Positions 40,192 to 50,719 are shown, numbered from the stretch's first letter. The stretch is 64,000 bases of DNA from an uncultured Verrucomicrobiae bacterium (GCA_963713705.1 CAVQMY010000045.1:585-64584), one strand, 5' to 3'. The notes: generated from the sequence alone by a model not told the origin. Numbers and translations are program-made.

Positions 40192-41913
40192 TTATCGCGG
40201 GAGGACGACGGTGAAGAGCGCGCCGCCGCCGGGCGCGTCGGCGTAGGTGACACGGCCATCATGAGCTTCCGCCAGGGCCTTCACCAGCACCAAACCCAGC
40301 CCCAGGCCCGCCGGCGAGTCGTCGCGGTTGCCGCGGGCGAACGGACGGAAGAGTTTCTCCCGCACGTCCGTCGAGATGCCCGGTCCATGGTCACGCACGG
40401 ACAACGTCACCGAATGATCGGCCGGGGAAAGCGCGACATCAATCTCCCGGTTACCGGCGGTCCGTGAGTATTTTTCGGCGTTATCCACCAGGTTCTGGAT
40501 GATTTCGGCGATGGCATCGCGGTCGAAGCGCACTTCCGGAAACTGGTCCGGGACGGAAAGTTCGACGCGAGCCCCGGCGGCTTCCAGCGCGGGGCGCTGG
40601 CGTTCGACGCACTCGCGCACGATGGTCGCCAGATCGCCGGGCACGGGACGAACGTTGAGCGCACCGCGTTCGAGGCGCGAGAAGCCGAGGACGTTGGAGA
40701 CAACGCGACCGAGCCGCGCGGCTTCTTCCGCGACGCGATTCGCGTAGTCCCGGGTGCGAGTCGGGTCGCCCAGGCCATCGGCGAGCATCTCGCTGTACAT
40801 GCGCAGACCGGCGAGCGGAGTGCGGAGCTCGTGCGCGGCTGAGGCCGCGAATTGGGAACGCTGGCGGGCGAGCCGTTCGGTGTTCCAAACCAAGGCCACG
40901 ACGCACAGGCCGGCCACGCTCGCCGCGCCGGCGCCGGCCCAAAAGAGCTGGAGGAAACTGACCCAGTTATGACGGGCCTGCGCGTCGGCGGCGGCGAATT
41001 CTTTGGCGGCGCTGACGACGATATACCAGCCAGTGCTTTCCACGGGCGCGGCGGCCACATACGAGCCCGCGGTGGCGTTGGGCGTGAAGCGGGCGGGCAA
41101 CACGGCATTCTTGAGAGTGTCCGCAAGCGCTTCGTTGGAGATGACAAACCCCTGCACCAAGACACCCACGGGCGTGGCGACATTACGCAACGCGACCAGG
41201 CTCATCCCGTTGGAAGTCTGCAAAGAACACCACTGGAAATCGCCGATGCCGATGGAGACCCTTTGTTGACCGTCACTTAAGCGAAAGTCACCGGCAAATG
41301 TGGAGGTCGAATTGGTTCCGGATTTGATATCCGAGTAAATCCTGGCCGCCAGCGCATTTTGGATCCAGGCATCGGCCTCCATGACTTCGACGTGCTGTTG
41401 CGGCAGCCCTTTTTGAAGGTGCGCGACACAAGCCGAACCATGCGCGGCGGCCTGCAAATCGCCCTGGATCGCGCGCTGCGCCGCGACTTTCGCAAGGATT
41501 ACGGCATCCAGATCCGCTTCGGGCAGCGTGGGCAGGGAGACTCGTCCGTCGGGGTCGATTTGAAAGTACGCGCGGATGAGCGGGTCGGTCGGTCCCTGTG
41601 CCAGCGGCGAGGGGGTGACGGAGGGTCCTTCGGATGCCCCTCGGGGATCGTGATAGAGCGATTGATATTGATAAAAGGGACGGCTGGACTCGGATTCCAG
41701 AAGCATTTGGAATCGATCCTGAAGACGCTGCGCCAGTTGATGGGCCGTGTCGCTGGCGGACTGCCGCAGAGGCGATTCGTTTTGATCGATAGTGCGCTGC
41801 ACTTCGCGCGATCCAACCATGTACCATGCGCCGCAGGGGACAACCAGCGCCGCGCTCGTCAAGACGAGCGCCAGGGTGGTGCGACTGCGCCAGAATTTCA
41901 TGGTCGGCCCCAC
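40192..41913 (-). CDS. Sensor histidine kinase (HisKA + HATPase_c), membrane-anchored
   Basis: 573 aa. N-terminal TM segment and periplasmic domain. An H-box (…FAASAAHELRTPLAGL…) and N/G boxes in the C-terminus. It overlaps the upstream response-regulator gene by 16 nt. Confidence 0.8.
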   Translation of the reverse strand: MGPTMKFWRSRTTLALVLTSAALVVPCGAWYMVGSREVQRTIDQNESPLRQSASDTAHQLAQRLQDRFQMLLESESSRPFYQYQSLYHDPRGASEGPSVTPSPLAQGPTDPLIRAYFQIDPDGRVSLPTLPEADLDAVILAKVAAQRAIQGDLQAAAHGSACVAHLQKGLPQQHVEVMEADAWIQNALAARIYSDIKSGTNSTSTFAGDFRLSDGQQRVSIGIGDFQWCSLQTSNGMSLVALRNVATPVGVLVQGFVISNEALADTLKNAVLPARFTPNATAGSYVAAAPVESTGWYIVVSAAKEFAAADAQARHNWVSFLQLFWAGAGAASVAGLCVVALVWNTERLARQRSQFAASAAHELRTPLAGLRMYSEMLADGLGDPTRTRDYANRVAEEAARLGRVVSNVLGFSRLERGALNVRPVPGDLATIVRECVERQRPALEAAGARVELSVPDQFPEVRFDRDAIAEIIQNLVDNAEKYSRTAGNREIDVALSPADHSVTLSVRDHGPGISTDVREKLFRPFARGNRDDSPAGLGLGLVLVKALAEAHDGRVTYADAPGGGALFTVVLPR

Positions 41914-42578
41914 GAATAGCCGGCGCCCTTGACGGAAACGATGATCGCCGGTTCCGCGTGATCGCGCTCGATCTTCTGGCGGAGATGGGCAATGGTCACG
42001 TCAACCGTGCGGGTTTCCATGTCCGCGTTCGCTCCCCAGATCTGTTCGAGCAATTCGCTGCGGGAGACCACCCGCGCCCGGTGTCGATGGAGCCAGCGCA
42101 CGATGCCCACTTCGCGGGGCGACAGCGGGATGATTTTGTGATTGCGGCGCGCCTCGCAATGCCCAAGGTCGAAGCGGCAGCCGTCGATCTCGATGATCTC
42201 CGGCTCGGCGGGCGCGGACCGGGCGCGGCGGGCGAGAGCGGCAATTCGGGCGAGGAGCTCGCGGGCCCCGAACGGCTTGGTGACGTAATCGTCCGCGCCG
42301 ACTTTCAGGCCGCGCACTTTGTCTTCCTCGGAGCCCCTGGCGGTCAACATGAGGATGGGCAGGTCCGGCCGGGCTTTGCGAAGCCGGTGACAGACTTCGA
42401 CGCCATCGAGTTTCGGGAGCATCACGTCGAGCACGACAAGATCGAGTTCGGGATCCATGCCGCGCTTCGTGGCGGTGAGGCCGTCGGCCACTGCGTCGAC
42501 GGTATAGCCTGCGCCGTTGAGCAAGTCCACCAACCCGTCCCGTAGCAGGGGGTCATCTTCGACGACAAGGATTTTCAT
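41898..42578 (-). CDS. OmpR-family response regulator
   Basis: MKILVVEDDPLLRDGL…DLVVLDVMLPKLDG… (receiver) and a C-terminal winged helix (…LSPREVGIVRWL…TVDVTIAHLRQKIE…). Confidence 0.85.
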   Translation of the reverse strand: MKILVVEDDPLLRDGLVDLLNGAGYTVDAVADGLTATKRGMDPELDLVVLDVMLPKLDGVEVCHRLRKARPDLPILMLTARGSEEDKVRGLKVGADDYVTKPFGARELLARIAALARRARSAPAEPEIIEIDGCRFDLGHCEARRNHKIIPLSPREVGIVRWLHRHRARVVSRSELLEQIWGANADMETRTVDVTIAHLRQKIERDHAEPAIIVSVKGAGYSWGRP

Positions 42579-42676
42579 GGCGTTCCCAATGTCAGTGTAA
42601 TCCGCCGTATCGATGGGGGAAAGTAAAAGGTGTGTAAAAAAACTTGTTGTGCGCGTATTGTGGCACAAGGTTTCCT

Positions 42677-43217
42677 ATGATGAAAAAGACGATTCGCAAC
42701 GCGATTTTGGAAATCGCGCAGGGTGACATCACCGCGTTGGCGGTGGATGCGATCGTCAACGCCGCGAATGAATACCTTAAACACGGTGGTGGCGTGGCCG
42801 CGGCCATTTCACGCAAGGGCGGGCCGACGATCCAGCGGGAATCCGATGTACTAATTTCGATGCGCGGGCCACTCAAGACAGGTGAGGCGGTCATCACAGG
42901 TGGCGGCATGGCGGAAGTTTGTGATTCACACCGTCGGCCCAGTCTGGAGCCGGCATGATCCGACGGAAGCGGACCGGCTGTTGTGCCAAGCGGTGAGGAG
43001 CAGCCTGACACTGGCTGAGGCGAAGGGACTGAAATCCATCGCGTTTCCGGCCATCAGCACGGGCATCTACGGGTTCCCCATCGAGCGCGCCGCGCCGTTG
43101 ATGCTCAAGGAAGCGAAACGCCACCTCGAAGGCGAAACTGGCATGGCGCGCGTGTTGCTTTGTCTGTACGACGACGCGAGCTATCAGGTTTTCGAATCAG
43201 CCTTTGCCAGTCTCTGA
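42677..43217 (+). CDS. Macro-domain (ADP-ribose-binding / O-acetyl-ADP-ribose deacetylase-like) protein, frameshifted near 42900
   Basis: Frame 1: [44 protein letters not shown]…AVITGGG. Frame 2: …[11 protein letters not shown]…[17 protein letters not shown]…. Together these make a canonical macro domain. Confidence 0.7.
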
Positions 43218-43297
43218 GCTGATTGTCGCACCGCGAAGTCGAGCAGACCCGGAGGCAGGCGGCCCAGCCAGATGCCGAGTCGGGCGGAATCGGTCAG
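43078..43297. repeat. ~220-bp segment (macro-gene 3' end plus SDR-like 3' remnant), direct repeat of 46259-46479
   Basis: Roughly 80% nucleotide identity. On the minus strand it encodes [37 protein letters not shown], a paralogous remnant of the C-terminus of the SDR gene at 46363..47178. Confidence 0.65.
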
Positions 43298-43309
43298 TTA
43301 TAGGCTGTG

Positions 43310-43942
43310 TTAGATCAACCCGCGTTTTCGAGCGATGTCGGCGGCTTGGGTGCGGTTTTGAGCCTGGAGCTTGCCGAGGATGTTCGAGACGTGATTCTTC
43401 ACCGTGCCTTCGGCGATGTGCAGTTTGTCAGCGATCTCCTTGTTGGCGATTCCCTGGGCCAACATCACCAACACCTCGCGTTCGCGGTCGGAGAGCGGCT
43501 CGATCAATCCATCGGTGGGATGCAGCGTGGCACGGAGCGCACGCGACGCGATCTCCGGTTGGATGAACACTTCACCAGACTGCACGGCTTGGATGGTTTC
43601 GACCAGCTTCCGCGCCGGCAGGTCTTTGAGGAGATACCCGACCGCCCCGGCTCGCACGCCCGCAAAGACGTAGTCATCGCGGTCGAACGTGGTCAGGATG
43701 ATAATTTTGGCTTCCGGCCAGGCTTGGCAGATGGCGGCGGTGGCCTCCACGCCGTTCTGCACCGGCATCTGAACGTCCATGAGAATGATGTCGGGGCGCA
43801 GTTCCAGGGCAAGTTTGACGGCGGTCGGGCCGTCACTCGCTTCGCCCACAACCCGAAAACCAGACTCCAGGTCCAGGATGGTCTTCAATCCCTGACGCAT
43901 GAGCGTCTGGTCTTCGGCCAGAAGAATCCGGATCGGTTTCAT
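43310..43942 (-). CDS. NarL/LuxR-family response regulator
   Basis: MKPIRILLAEDQTLMRQGLKTIL…IILMDVQMP… plus a C-terminal LuxR HTH (…REREVLVMLAQGIANKEIADKLHIAEGTVKNHVSNILGKL…). Confidence 0.85.
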   Translation of the reverse strand: MKPIRILLAEDQTLMRQGLKTILDLESGFRVVGEASDGPTAVKLALELRPDIILMDVQMPVQNGVEATAAICQAWPEAKIIILTTFDRDDYVFAGVRAGAVGYLLKDLPARKLVETIQAVQSGEVFIQPEIASRALRATLHPTDGLIEPLSDREREVLVMLAQGIANKEIADKLHIAEGTVKNHVSNILGKLQAQNRTQAADIARKRGLI

Positions 43943-45173
43943 TCAAGCGATCAAGTGCACGCGGGCCTCGATGAGGGCTCCCTTTGGCTCTGCCGTTGTC
44001 AGCAGGAGCGTCCCGCCGACGCCTTCCACGCGTTCCCGCAAACCGCGCAGGCCATAGTGACCGGGCTTGCTCTCGGCATCCGCCAGGCAATCCGACGCCA
44101 TCATCGGTGACGCGCAGAACAGCCAACTGGGGCTGCAGACTCAGGCTGACGGCAACATGTCGAGCTTGCGCATGTTTTTCCACGTTCGTCAATCCCTCCT
44201 GCGCGACATGCCAGAGAGCCTCGGCCACGGCAGGCGGCAACCCGTCCACGCCTGCGGCAACCTGGCGATCGATTTTCAGGCCGGTGCGACGGCCCGCATC
44301 GGCGCACAACGATTGCAGGGCCTGGGTCAGCGACTTGTCCCCCAAGCCGGGGGCGCGCAGGTTGGCCAGGGACCGTCGCAAGGCCTCCGTGCTGGCGCGG
44401 GACAAGGTTTTCATTTCCTCCAGCAGCGGCCCCGCACGGTCGAGATCCACAGGCAACAATCTCTGGACGGCTTCCAGTTGCACGGTCAACGTGACGAGCG
44501 TGTGGCCGAGGTTATCGTGGAGATCCCGGGCCAGGCGTTCGCGCTCGCGGAGTGTGGCGAGTTCGATTTCCCGGTCACGGGCCAGGACGAGTTCGCGTTT
44601 TGCCGCCTCGAGTTCGCGAATCAGCTCCGCCCGGCCTTTGCTGATGTCGTCAATCCGCTTGATGAACAAGCCCATCACCATCCAGGATGCGAACACGGCG
44701 ACGCGGAACACCCACTCGCCGACAGACCGGCTGGCGAGTTGCGCCCGGCCGAACGCGGCGACCTCGATGACTGGGAGCGCGAGGATCGAGGCTGGAACGG
44801 AAATGCTCGGCGCGAGGATGGCGCACATTTGCCCCACGTAGAGCCCGGCCAGCCAGGAGAAGTACGGGGCGATCAGCGACTCGGGAACGCAACAGGCCAG
44901 GCTGCCGACAAAGTAGATGTGCCACCATCGGGGTGAAGCATCCAGCGGGGTGAAAACCCACCGTTTCAGATAGAGACCCGCCTGGATGGTCGTTAGGATA
45001 ACCAGCAGCAGTTCGCGGCGATCGCAGTTCGGCCAACTATCGTAAAGGCTCTGACCCAGAAAGTAGGCGAGCAGTCCCAGCGTCATAATATGAAGCGCGA
45101 TGTGTGGCCCCGCCAGAAGTCGTTTCACCTCGGGCGTCGAGGTGTTCGAATTTGGATTCATTGGTTGAATCAT
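43943..45173 (-). CDS. NarX/LiaS-type sensor histidine kinase (HisKA_3), frameshifted near 44080-44100
   Basis: Multi-TM N-terminus. HisKA_3 H-box (…ERERLARDLHDNLGHTLVTLTVQLEAV…). The ATP-lid C-terminus …KPGHYGLRGLRERVEGVGGTLLLTTAEPKGALIEARVHLIA* is in a different frame and ends at 43943, directly abutting the response-regulator ATG. Confidence 0.75.
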
Positions 45174-45216
45174 AACTGAAAATGACCTTCCTTGAAGTTA
45201 GTTTCTTTGATGGCAA

Positions 45217-46062
45217 TTACCGGGAAGATGCCAACTTGTTCTGCAGCGTCTCATTCTGTGGAAACAAAGCCGCGCCGCGCTGCCACATTTGTAGGGCATT
45301 GTCGGGGTAGCCCGCCTTTTGATATTGCTCGCCCAGCAACACGTAGGACTGGGCATATTCCGGTTGCGGCGCCCGAGTCTCTTGTTGATCGATCAGGGTG
45401 GAGAAGTTCTCCATGATCTCTTGTGACTTGTTCAAATCGGCCGGCCAGTGCGTCAGGGCGGAGGCTTTCGAGAAGCGCGCGTCCCAGTTGTCGGGGTCGA
45501 CTGTCAATGCCTGGTCAAACGTCTGGTCGGCTTCCATGGCGAGGATGCTTTGCTGGCGAATGTCCTGAGTTGTCCCCAGCTTCTGGAGATAGGCCTGACC
45601 CAGCGCGGCGGAATACTCGGCAACCGACGGGTCATCCTTGACGGCTTGTTGCAGCTGGGCAATCGCTTGATCCAACTGGCCGGTATCGCGGAGCTGTTTC
45701 CACGCCGCCTGCTTCTGCGCGTAGCTCGCTTGTGGTGAGACGAGCGTTTGCAGCGGTTGACTGAAGGTCGAAACGATGGATGGCTTGGCCACCGACGCGG
45801 CCGGGGCGCTCGTGAGGGAAGACGCTATCGCCGGTTCGCCGGTTCGTTCCGTCGCGCGGTGATCTTCCCCCGCCGACTCCGGCGCGCTCACACTCGCTGA
45901 CGAAGTTTCCGGAGGCGGGTTCACACTCGGTGCCGGACCTTCCGCAGATGGAGCTCTTGTATTGGCGGGAAGCGGAGGCGGATTAGTTTGCCGTTTGACC
46001 ACCACCAAGGCGGCGATTGCCACCAAGCCGATGCCGACCAATACCCATGTCCGTTTGCTCAT
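45217..46062 (-). CDS. Membrane-anchored TPR-like protein
   Basis: N-terminal TM (MSKRTWVLVGIGLVAIAALVVV), a Pro/Ser-rich linker, and C-terminal TPR-like helices (…AEYSAALGQAYLQKLG…YVLLGEQYQKAGYPDNALQMWQRG…). Confidence 0.55.
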   Translation of the reverse strand: MSKRTWVLVGIGLVAIAALVVVKRQTNPPPLPANTRAPSAEGPAPSVNPPPETSSASVSAPESAGEDHRATERTGEPAIASSLTSAPAASVAKPSIVSTFSQPLQTLVSPQASYAQKQAAWKQLRDTGQLDQAIAQLQQAVKDDPSVAEYSAALGQAYLQKLGTTQDIRQQSILAMEADQTFDQALTVDPDNWDARFSKASALTHWPADLNKSQEIMENFSTLIDQQETRAPQPEYAQSYVLLGEQYQKAGYPDNALQMWQRGAALFPQNETLQNKLASSR

Positions 46063-46258
46063 ATTCTTCCTTCCTCTGATTTTTAGTTTTTCCTGTTTCG
46101 TTGCTGGTCGCCAGCCCTGTAGCTGGTTCCCAGCAAACGTGCCCACTCTAGAGTTTTGAGGTCGGACCCAATAGACCCCAATGGCCTGATTTGGATAGGT
46201 CGAAAGTCACGGCCAAAACTGTTGCGCGGCCGCAGGCATTCGATCAAAGAAACCAATC

Positions 46259-46479
46259 CACATCGAGCGCGCCGCGCCGTTGATGCTCAAGGAAGAGAAA
46301 CGCCACCTCGAACGGGAAGCGGGACTGGAGCGCGTGCTGTTTTGTCTCTACGACGACGCGAGCTATCGGGTTTTTGAATCGGCCTTCGCCAGTCTCTGAG
46401 CTGATTGTCGGACGGCGAAATCGAGCAGCGGGGGGCAAAGGCGGCGGAGCCAGATGGCGAGGCGCGCGGAGCTGGTCAG
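46259..46479. repeat. Direct repeat of 43078-43297 (degenerate macro-gene 3' end plus SDR 3' end)
   Basis: The + strand retains a decayed macro C-terminus (…[45 protein letters not shown]). The minus strand is the intact SDR C-terminus. Confidence 0.65.
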
Positions 46480-47178
46480 CACGACCTGGCGTTTGTGGCG
46501 GGCGCAACCTTTCAAGATCGCGCGCGCGACCTGTGCGGGATGTTGTCCCGCGAACGGACTCTGGCGCACGGGACCCCCGTAACTGTACATGTGGTCGAAG
46601 AACGGCGTGTCCGTGTAGGCCGGCAGGACGGAGATGACCTCGATTCCTGTCCCGTGCAATTCGATCCGCAGCGCATCGGTCAAGGCCAACAGGGCGAACT
46701 TGCTGGCGCAGTAGGCGCTGTTGCGCGCCGCCACGACCATACTCAACACGCTGCCGACATTGACAATCTGTCCCGCGCGCTGCTGGCGCATCTGGGGCAA
46801 CACCGCCTGAATGCAGCGGATCGGTCCGTAGAGATTCACGTCCATGAGCGACCGCACATCGTCGAGCGGCGTGTCGGCGAACGTGGCGCGCATCCCGACG
46901 CCGGCATTGTTCACGAGGATATCCACGCGACCAAACTTCGCCACCGTTGTCGCCACGAGCCGCTGCACGTCCTCGTCCTTCGTGACGTCGGTGGGGACGA
47001 CCAGGAACCGGTCGCGCCACTCGGGATGCGCGTTGACGACCTCGCGCAATTTGGTTTCGTTTCGGGCGGCGAGGACGACGCGGGCGCCTTCCCGGGCAAA
47101 CGCGAGCGCGGTTTCCAACCCGATGCCGCTGGAGGCGCCGGTGACGATGACGACCTTGCCTGGAAAGCGCGCGCGCAT
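46363..47178 (-). CDS. Short-chain dehydrogenase/reductase (SDR) family oxidoreductase
   Basis: …KVVIVTGASSGIGLETALAFAREGARVVLAARN… (TGxxxGxG), …NNAG…, and a YxxxK active site (…SAYCASKFALLALTDAL…). Confidence 0.85.
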   Translation of the reverse strand: MRARFPGKVVIVTGASSGIGLETALAFAREGARVVLAARNETKLREVVNAHPEWRDRFLVVPTDVTKDEDVQRLVATTVAKFGRVDILVNNAGVGMRATFADTPLDDVRSLMDVNLYGPIRCIQAVLPQMRQQRAGQIVNVGSVLSMVVAARNSAYCASKFALLALTDALRIELHGTGIEVISVLPAYTDTPFFDHMYSYGGPVRQSPFAGQHPAQVARAILKGCARHKRQVVLTSSARLAIWLRRLCPPLLDFAVRQSAQRLAKADSKTR

Positions 47179-47254
47179 AATGAAATCGATTTCTCTTCTC
47201 GGTTGAGCCAAACCATGGTACATGGGCAACGGTTGGATTGGCAATGCTTGAGCC

Positions 47255-47645
47255 ATGAACGACGATCCTGTCACCTCCCCGAAGTACGTGCTCGCCATTG
47301 ACGACGAACCCGAGATTCTGGAGATTATTCAACAATGTCTGGAAGGCGACGGGTTGCCCGTGCTTACCGCCCTGGGAGCCAAGAACGGACTGGAAACGTA
47401 CGAGAATCGCTCGCGGGAGATCGGGTTGGTCCTACTCGACTACGTCATGCCCGGAGATGACGGGGGACCTGGTGCTCGAGTGTCTCCAACGAATCAATCC
47501 CGATGTACGCGTGATTCTGCTGACGGGGTGCGACGATCAGGTCGCCCGCGGGTTGTTTGAGAAAGGCTTGTGCGGATACATCCAGAAGCCGTTCTACATT
47601 GACGATCTGGTGCAACGCGTCCGCGATGAATTGTCGCTGGCATGA
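47255..47645 (+). CDS. Single-domain response regulator (CheY-like), frameshifted near 47455
   Basis: Frame 1: …KYVLAIDDEPEILEIIQQCL…IGLVLLDYVMPG. Frame 2: …DLVLECLQRINPDVRVILLTGCDD…GYIQKPFYIDDLVQRV…. The break is in CCCGGAGATGACGGGGGACC. Confidence 0.65.
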
Positions 47646-48241
47646 TCGGCGAGGGCGAACGGAAACACAAAATTCTTGGAAAGACGACGAGAGCCGGCGT
47701 AGATTGCGGCATGAGCAAAGGCGAACAGTCCGAGAATCTGGTTGAGGTTCATCAAGCACACGACGAATGGGAAGGGAGCATCATCGTCGGGTACCTGCGC
47801 GACAACGGGGTGGAAGCCACCCTGCGACAACCACCGTCGATGGCGCCCCTCGATGCGGCCGAGTCCCTGAGCGGCGCGGACAAAGGCAATGGCATCTACG
47901 TCCTGGAACATGAAGCCGACCACGCGCGCAACCTACTGAAAGAGTTTCTGAACACGGTGACGGACGAACAGGTTCTGGAGGAGGAGGCCGGCCAGAAACT
48001 GAAGGTCGATAAGGAGACCATCGGGCGATTGCGCACCGCGTTACGGGAAGAACGCCAGACGTTTGCGTTCCTCGGGTGGACCGGAGTAGCATTCCTCGGC
48101 GCGGCGGCGCTGCTCTGGGCGATCTGGCCGGGCTGGCTGAAGATCGGGCCGCCACCAGCGGAGCTTCGGTGGGTGGTCGTGATCCTGCTGGCACTGGCGG
48201 CGGTGTTTGCCGGGAATTGGGCGAGCCGGCCATCGAAATGA
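47642..48241 (+). CDS. DUF2007-like domain protein with C-terminal TM segment
   Basis: Its ATG overlaps the CheY-like stop (ATGA). …LVEVHQAHDEWEGSIIVGYLRDNGVEATL…GIYVLEHEADHARNLLKEF… followed by a hydrophobic C-terminus. Confidence 0.5.
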   Translation: MIGEGERKHKILGKTTRAGVDCGMSKGEQSENLVEVHQAHDEWEGSIIVGYLRDNGVEATLRQPPSMAPLDAAESLSGADKGNGIYVLEHEADHARNLLKEFLNTVTDEQVLEEEAGQKLKVDKETIGRLRTALREERQTFAFLGWTGVAFLGAAALLWAIWPGWLKIGPPPAELRWVVVILLALAAVFAGNWASRPSK

Positions 48242-48465
48242 AGCTGGCGTGCAACATCGACCAGCGCGGGCGCCGGGCGCGGCTGATCAGCGGCGCGATT
48301 GTCGTTTTATGCGGCGGGGCGTTGATTGTGATGGGGCTGATTACTGGATCGAGAACGCTGCTGGTGGCCGGTATCTTTCTGGATGTCGCGGGCTCGTTCA
48401 TGATTTTTGAAGGGGCCCGTGGCTGGTGCGCTCTCCGCGCCATCGGCATCAAGACACCGATGTAG
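48238..48465 (+). CDS. DUF2892 (YgaP-like) small inner-membrane protein
   Basis: 75 aa MKLACNIDQRGRRARLISGAIVVLCGGALIVMGL…ARGWCALRAIGIKTPM. The ATG overlaps the upstream stop. Confidence 0.55.
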   Translation: MKLACNIDQRGRRARLISGAIVVLCGGALIVMGLITGSRTLLVAGIFLDVAGSFMIFEGARGWCALRAIGIKTPM

Positions 48466-48487
48466 CGCGGCGGGGCCAACTCGACCG

Positions 48488-50719
48488 TCACAGCGGCTGG
48501 CATTCGAACGAAATGGAAAGCCCGGCTGACGCCGACCCGGCGGGAACGTCGATCACGAAATCGTCCGCGTAGAATTTTCCCGGCACCCAGCGTTGGACAG
48601 GCCAGACGCACTGGCCCAGTGGTTGGAATTGTGATCCGAACTGGGTGTCGCGGTTCCGGGCTTGTGGCTGAACGTGGCAGCGGACGGCGAGGTCCACATC
48701 CACAGGGGTTGCGACGGAACTGAACATGGTGATGCGGATTTGGTCGTGGGGGCTGGCACCATCCGAAGACAGCAGGGTTGCGGTGTACCCCTCGAAGGTC
48801 ACTCCTTTCCCGAGTTCCGCTGGTTGATGGACGGCTTCGGGCGGCAGGGCATCGCGCTCGACGAGTGTGCGCGCGTCGACGGGTTCGCCGTGCCGCGAGT
48901 ACAGAAGAACGCCGTCCTGCACATCCACGAGGTGCAAGTGCGGAAGAGATTCGGCCTGTCGCTGGATGTCACGGAGGTTCTTGAGCCAGTTGAGGGTGGT
49001 GGTGGTCCTCCACGAATCACGCATATCCAGGAGGACGCAATCGATTTGCGGCGGCAGGGGCGGAATCACGTACAGGTATTTCTGCGTGATGAAATGGGCC
49101 GCGACGCGCTGGGTGGCGAACAAGGAACCCTGTCGGTCAATGCGCTGGGCGATCCGCTGCACGATTTGCGGACGGTCGGGCGGGGCTGGCAGTGCCACCA
49201 TGGCCGGTTTACTCCAGAAGACGTTGCCAAAAAACACGGACAGCAAGATTCCCGTGACGGTCGCCCCGGAAAGGACGGCCCGTTGTCGGGCTGGGGTGGC
49301 GCGGGACAACGCCGATGCCAGCGCCCAGAACACCACGGGGAGCAGCGCCAGTTGATACCAGTAGCGGATGCTTTTGAGGGTGGGATTCAGGCAATCGAAG
49401 AGAAACACCAACGACCCGACGAGGAGCACCGAGGGTTTCTTCAAGGGCACGAATAGCAGCGGCGCCAGCAGGAGCGCGGCAAAATAGAAGGACGACGCCG
49501 AGAACAGATTACCCCAAAACTGGCGGGGATTGTTCCAGGGCGAAAGCAGGATTTCTTTCTTGGTTTCGCCGATGGGTGCGAAGTGGCTTTGCGCCATATA
49601 TGGCTGATGACCCATTGCGGGAATGACGACAGACGCCATGATGAGAAAATATGCGAAGGCGACTGTTGCGATCACGATGCCCAGTTTGCGACGGTTGCCA
49701 AACAGGGCCAGGTAGAGGCCGAACGTTCCGATCGGAATGGCCGCTTCCTCCTTGAGGAGAATGGCCCACACGGCAAACAGGAGAGCCCAGCCGGGGCGGT
49801 CTTTGAGCCAGAATGTCAGGGCAAGAAAGTACAGCGGCAGGCAGAGGTTGCCGCAGTGGAACCCGTAGGAGCCGCTGTAGATGAGCTGTGACGCCGGCGG
49901 AAAGACGACCCAGACTGCGACCAGCAGGAGCGCTGATGTCTTGTCCTGAAGAAGTTTCTGGCCGATCCAAAAGATCGGCAATGCGCAGGCCATGACGGCC
50001 AGAACCTGGAGCAGGATCGTTGCTTTCAAGCCCGGCCACAGAAACCAGAGTGGGACGAATGGCAGGAATCCCGGCTGAAAATGGTCGTAGAAGAGCGGTC
50101 GGTCGGGATTAACCCGCAGGAACAACTCGCGCGGGTTGTAGAGCGTGTTGAACATTGTGCGGGCGTAATCCCCGCAATCGGCGTAGCCGAGTTGGAAATT
50201 GTTGAAGTAACGGATCTGCTGGATGAGGTAGTAGACCGACAACCCGATGGCGGCGGAGACGACCGCCATCGGTAAGAGGCTTGCGGGCTCGAAGTCGTAG
50301 CTGAACCCGGCGAATTGGAAATGCCAACTTCGTCCCGGGCTCGACACCGGACGGCCGCGCAACCAGAGCGCGATCGTCCAACCACACGCGGTGCAGAAGA
50401 GGATCGGGTCGAGGCAATGCGGGCGTAGTCCGAGTAGTCGTTTTGCCAGGATGAAGCAGGCGGCGGCTGTCGCCACGAGGCCGGCGTTGAACCACCGTCG
50501 GCATTTGTCCGGTCGCCGAGCGGATGAAATGAGCATGAGAACGGTCGCGGCCGTGACGGCCAGCATGCAGACGATTTCCAAGGTGCCGGGCAGAGCGGGC
50601 AACGCCCAATAAGCTTCTGGAGAATAATTGGTTCCGAGTAGGGCCCAAAAGGCGCCAAGGCAGAGCGTGGCGATGACCGCCAACGCCAGAAACCTGGTAT
50701 GCCGGGACGCGGAGGGCAT
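48488..50719 (-). CDS. Large polytopic membrane protein (DUF2079-like; possible GT-C-type glycosyltransferase) with a C-terminal soluble domain
   Basis: 743 aa with more than 12 predicted TM helices in the first ~500 aa and a soluble C-terminal ~230 aa. The DUF2079 assignment is from memory of the family pattern and was not verified. Confidence 0.4.
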   Translation of the reverse strand: MPSASRHTRFLALAVIATLCLGAFWALLGTNYSPEAYWALPALPGTLEIVCMLAVTAATVLMLISSARRPDKCRRWFNAGLVATAAACFILAKRLLGLRPHCLDPILFCTACGWTIALWLRGRPVSSPGRSWHFQFAGFSYDFEPASLLPMAVVSAAIGLSVYYLIQQIRYFNNFQLGYADCGDYARTMFNTLYNPRELFLRVNPDRPLFYDHFQPGFLPFVPLWFLWPGLKATILLQVLAVMACALPIFWIGQKLLQDKTSALLLVAVWVVFPPASQLIYSGSYGFHCGNLCLPLYFLALTFWLKDRPGWALLFAVWAILLKEEAAIPIGTFGLYLALFGNRRKLGIVIATVAFAYFLIMASVVIPAMGHQPYMAQSHFAPIGETKKEILLSPWNNPRQFWGNLFSASSFYFAALLLAPLLFVPLKKPSVLLVGSLVFLFDCLNPTLKSIRYWYQLALLPVVFWALASALSRATPARQRAVLSGATVTGILLSVFFGNVFWSKPAMVALPAPPDRPQIVQRIAQRIDRQGSLFATQRVAAHFITQKYLYVIPPLPPQIDCVLLDMRDSWRTTTTLNWLKNLRDIQRQAESLPHLHLVDVQDGVLLYSRHGEPVDARTLVERDALPPEAVHQPAELGKGVTFEGYTATLLSSDGASPHDQIRITMFSSVATPVDVDLAVRCHVQPQARNRDTQFGSQFQPLGQCVWPVQRWVPGKFYADDFVIDVPAGSASAGLSISFECQPL

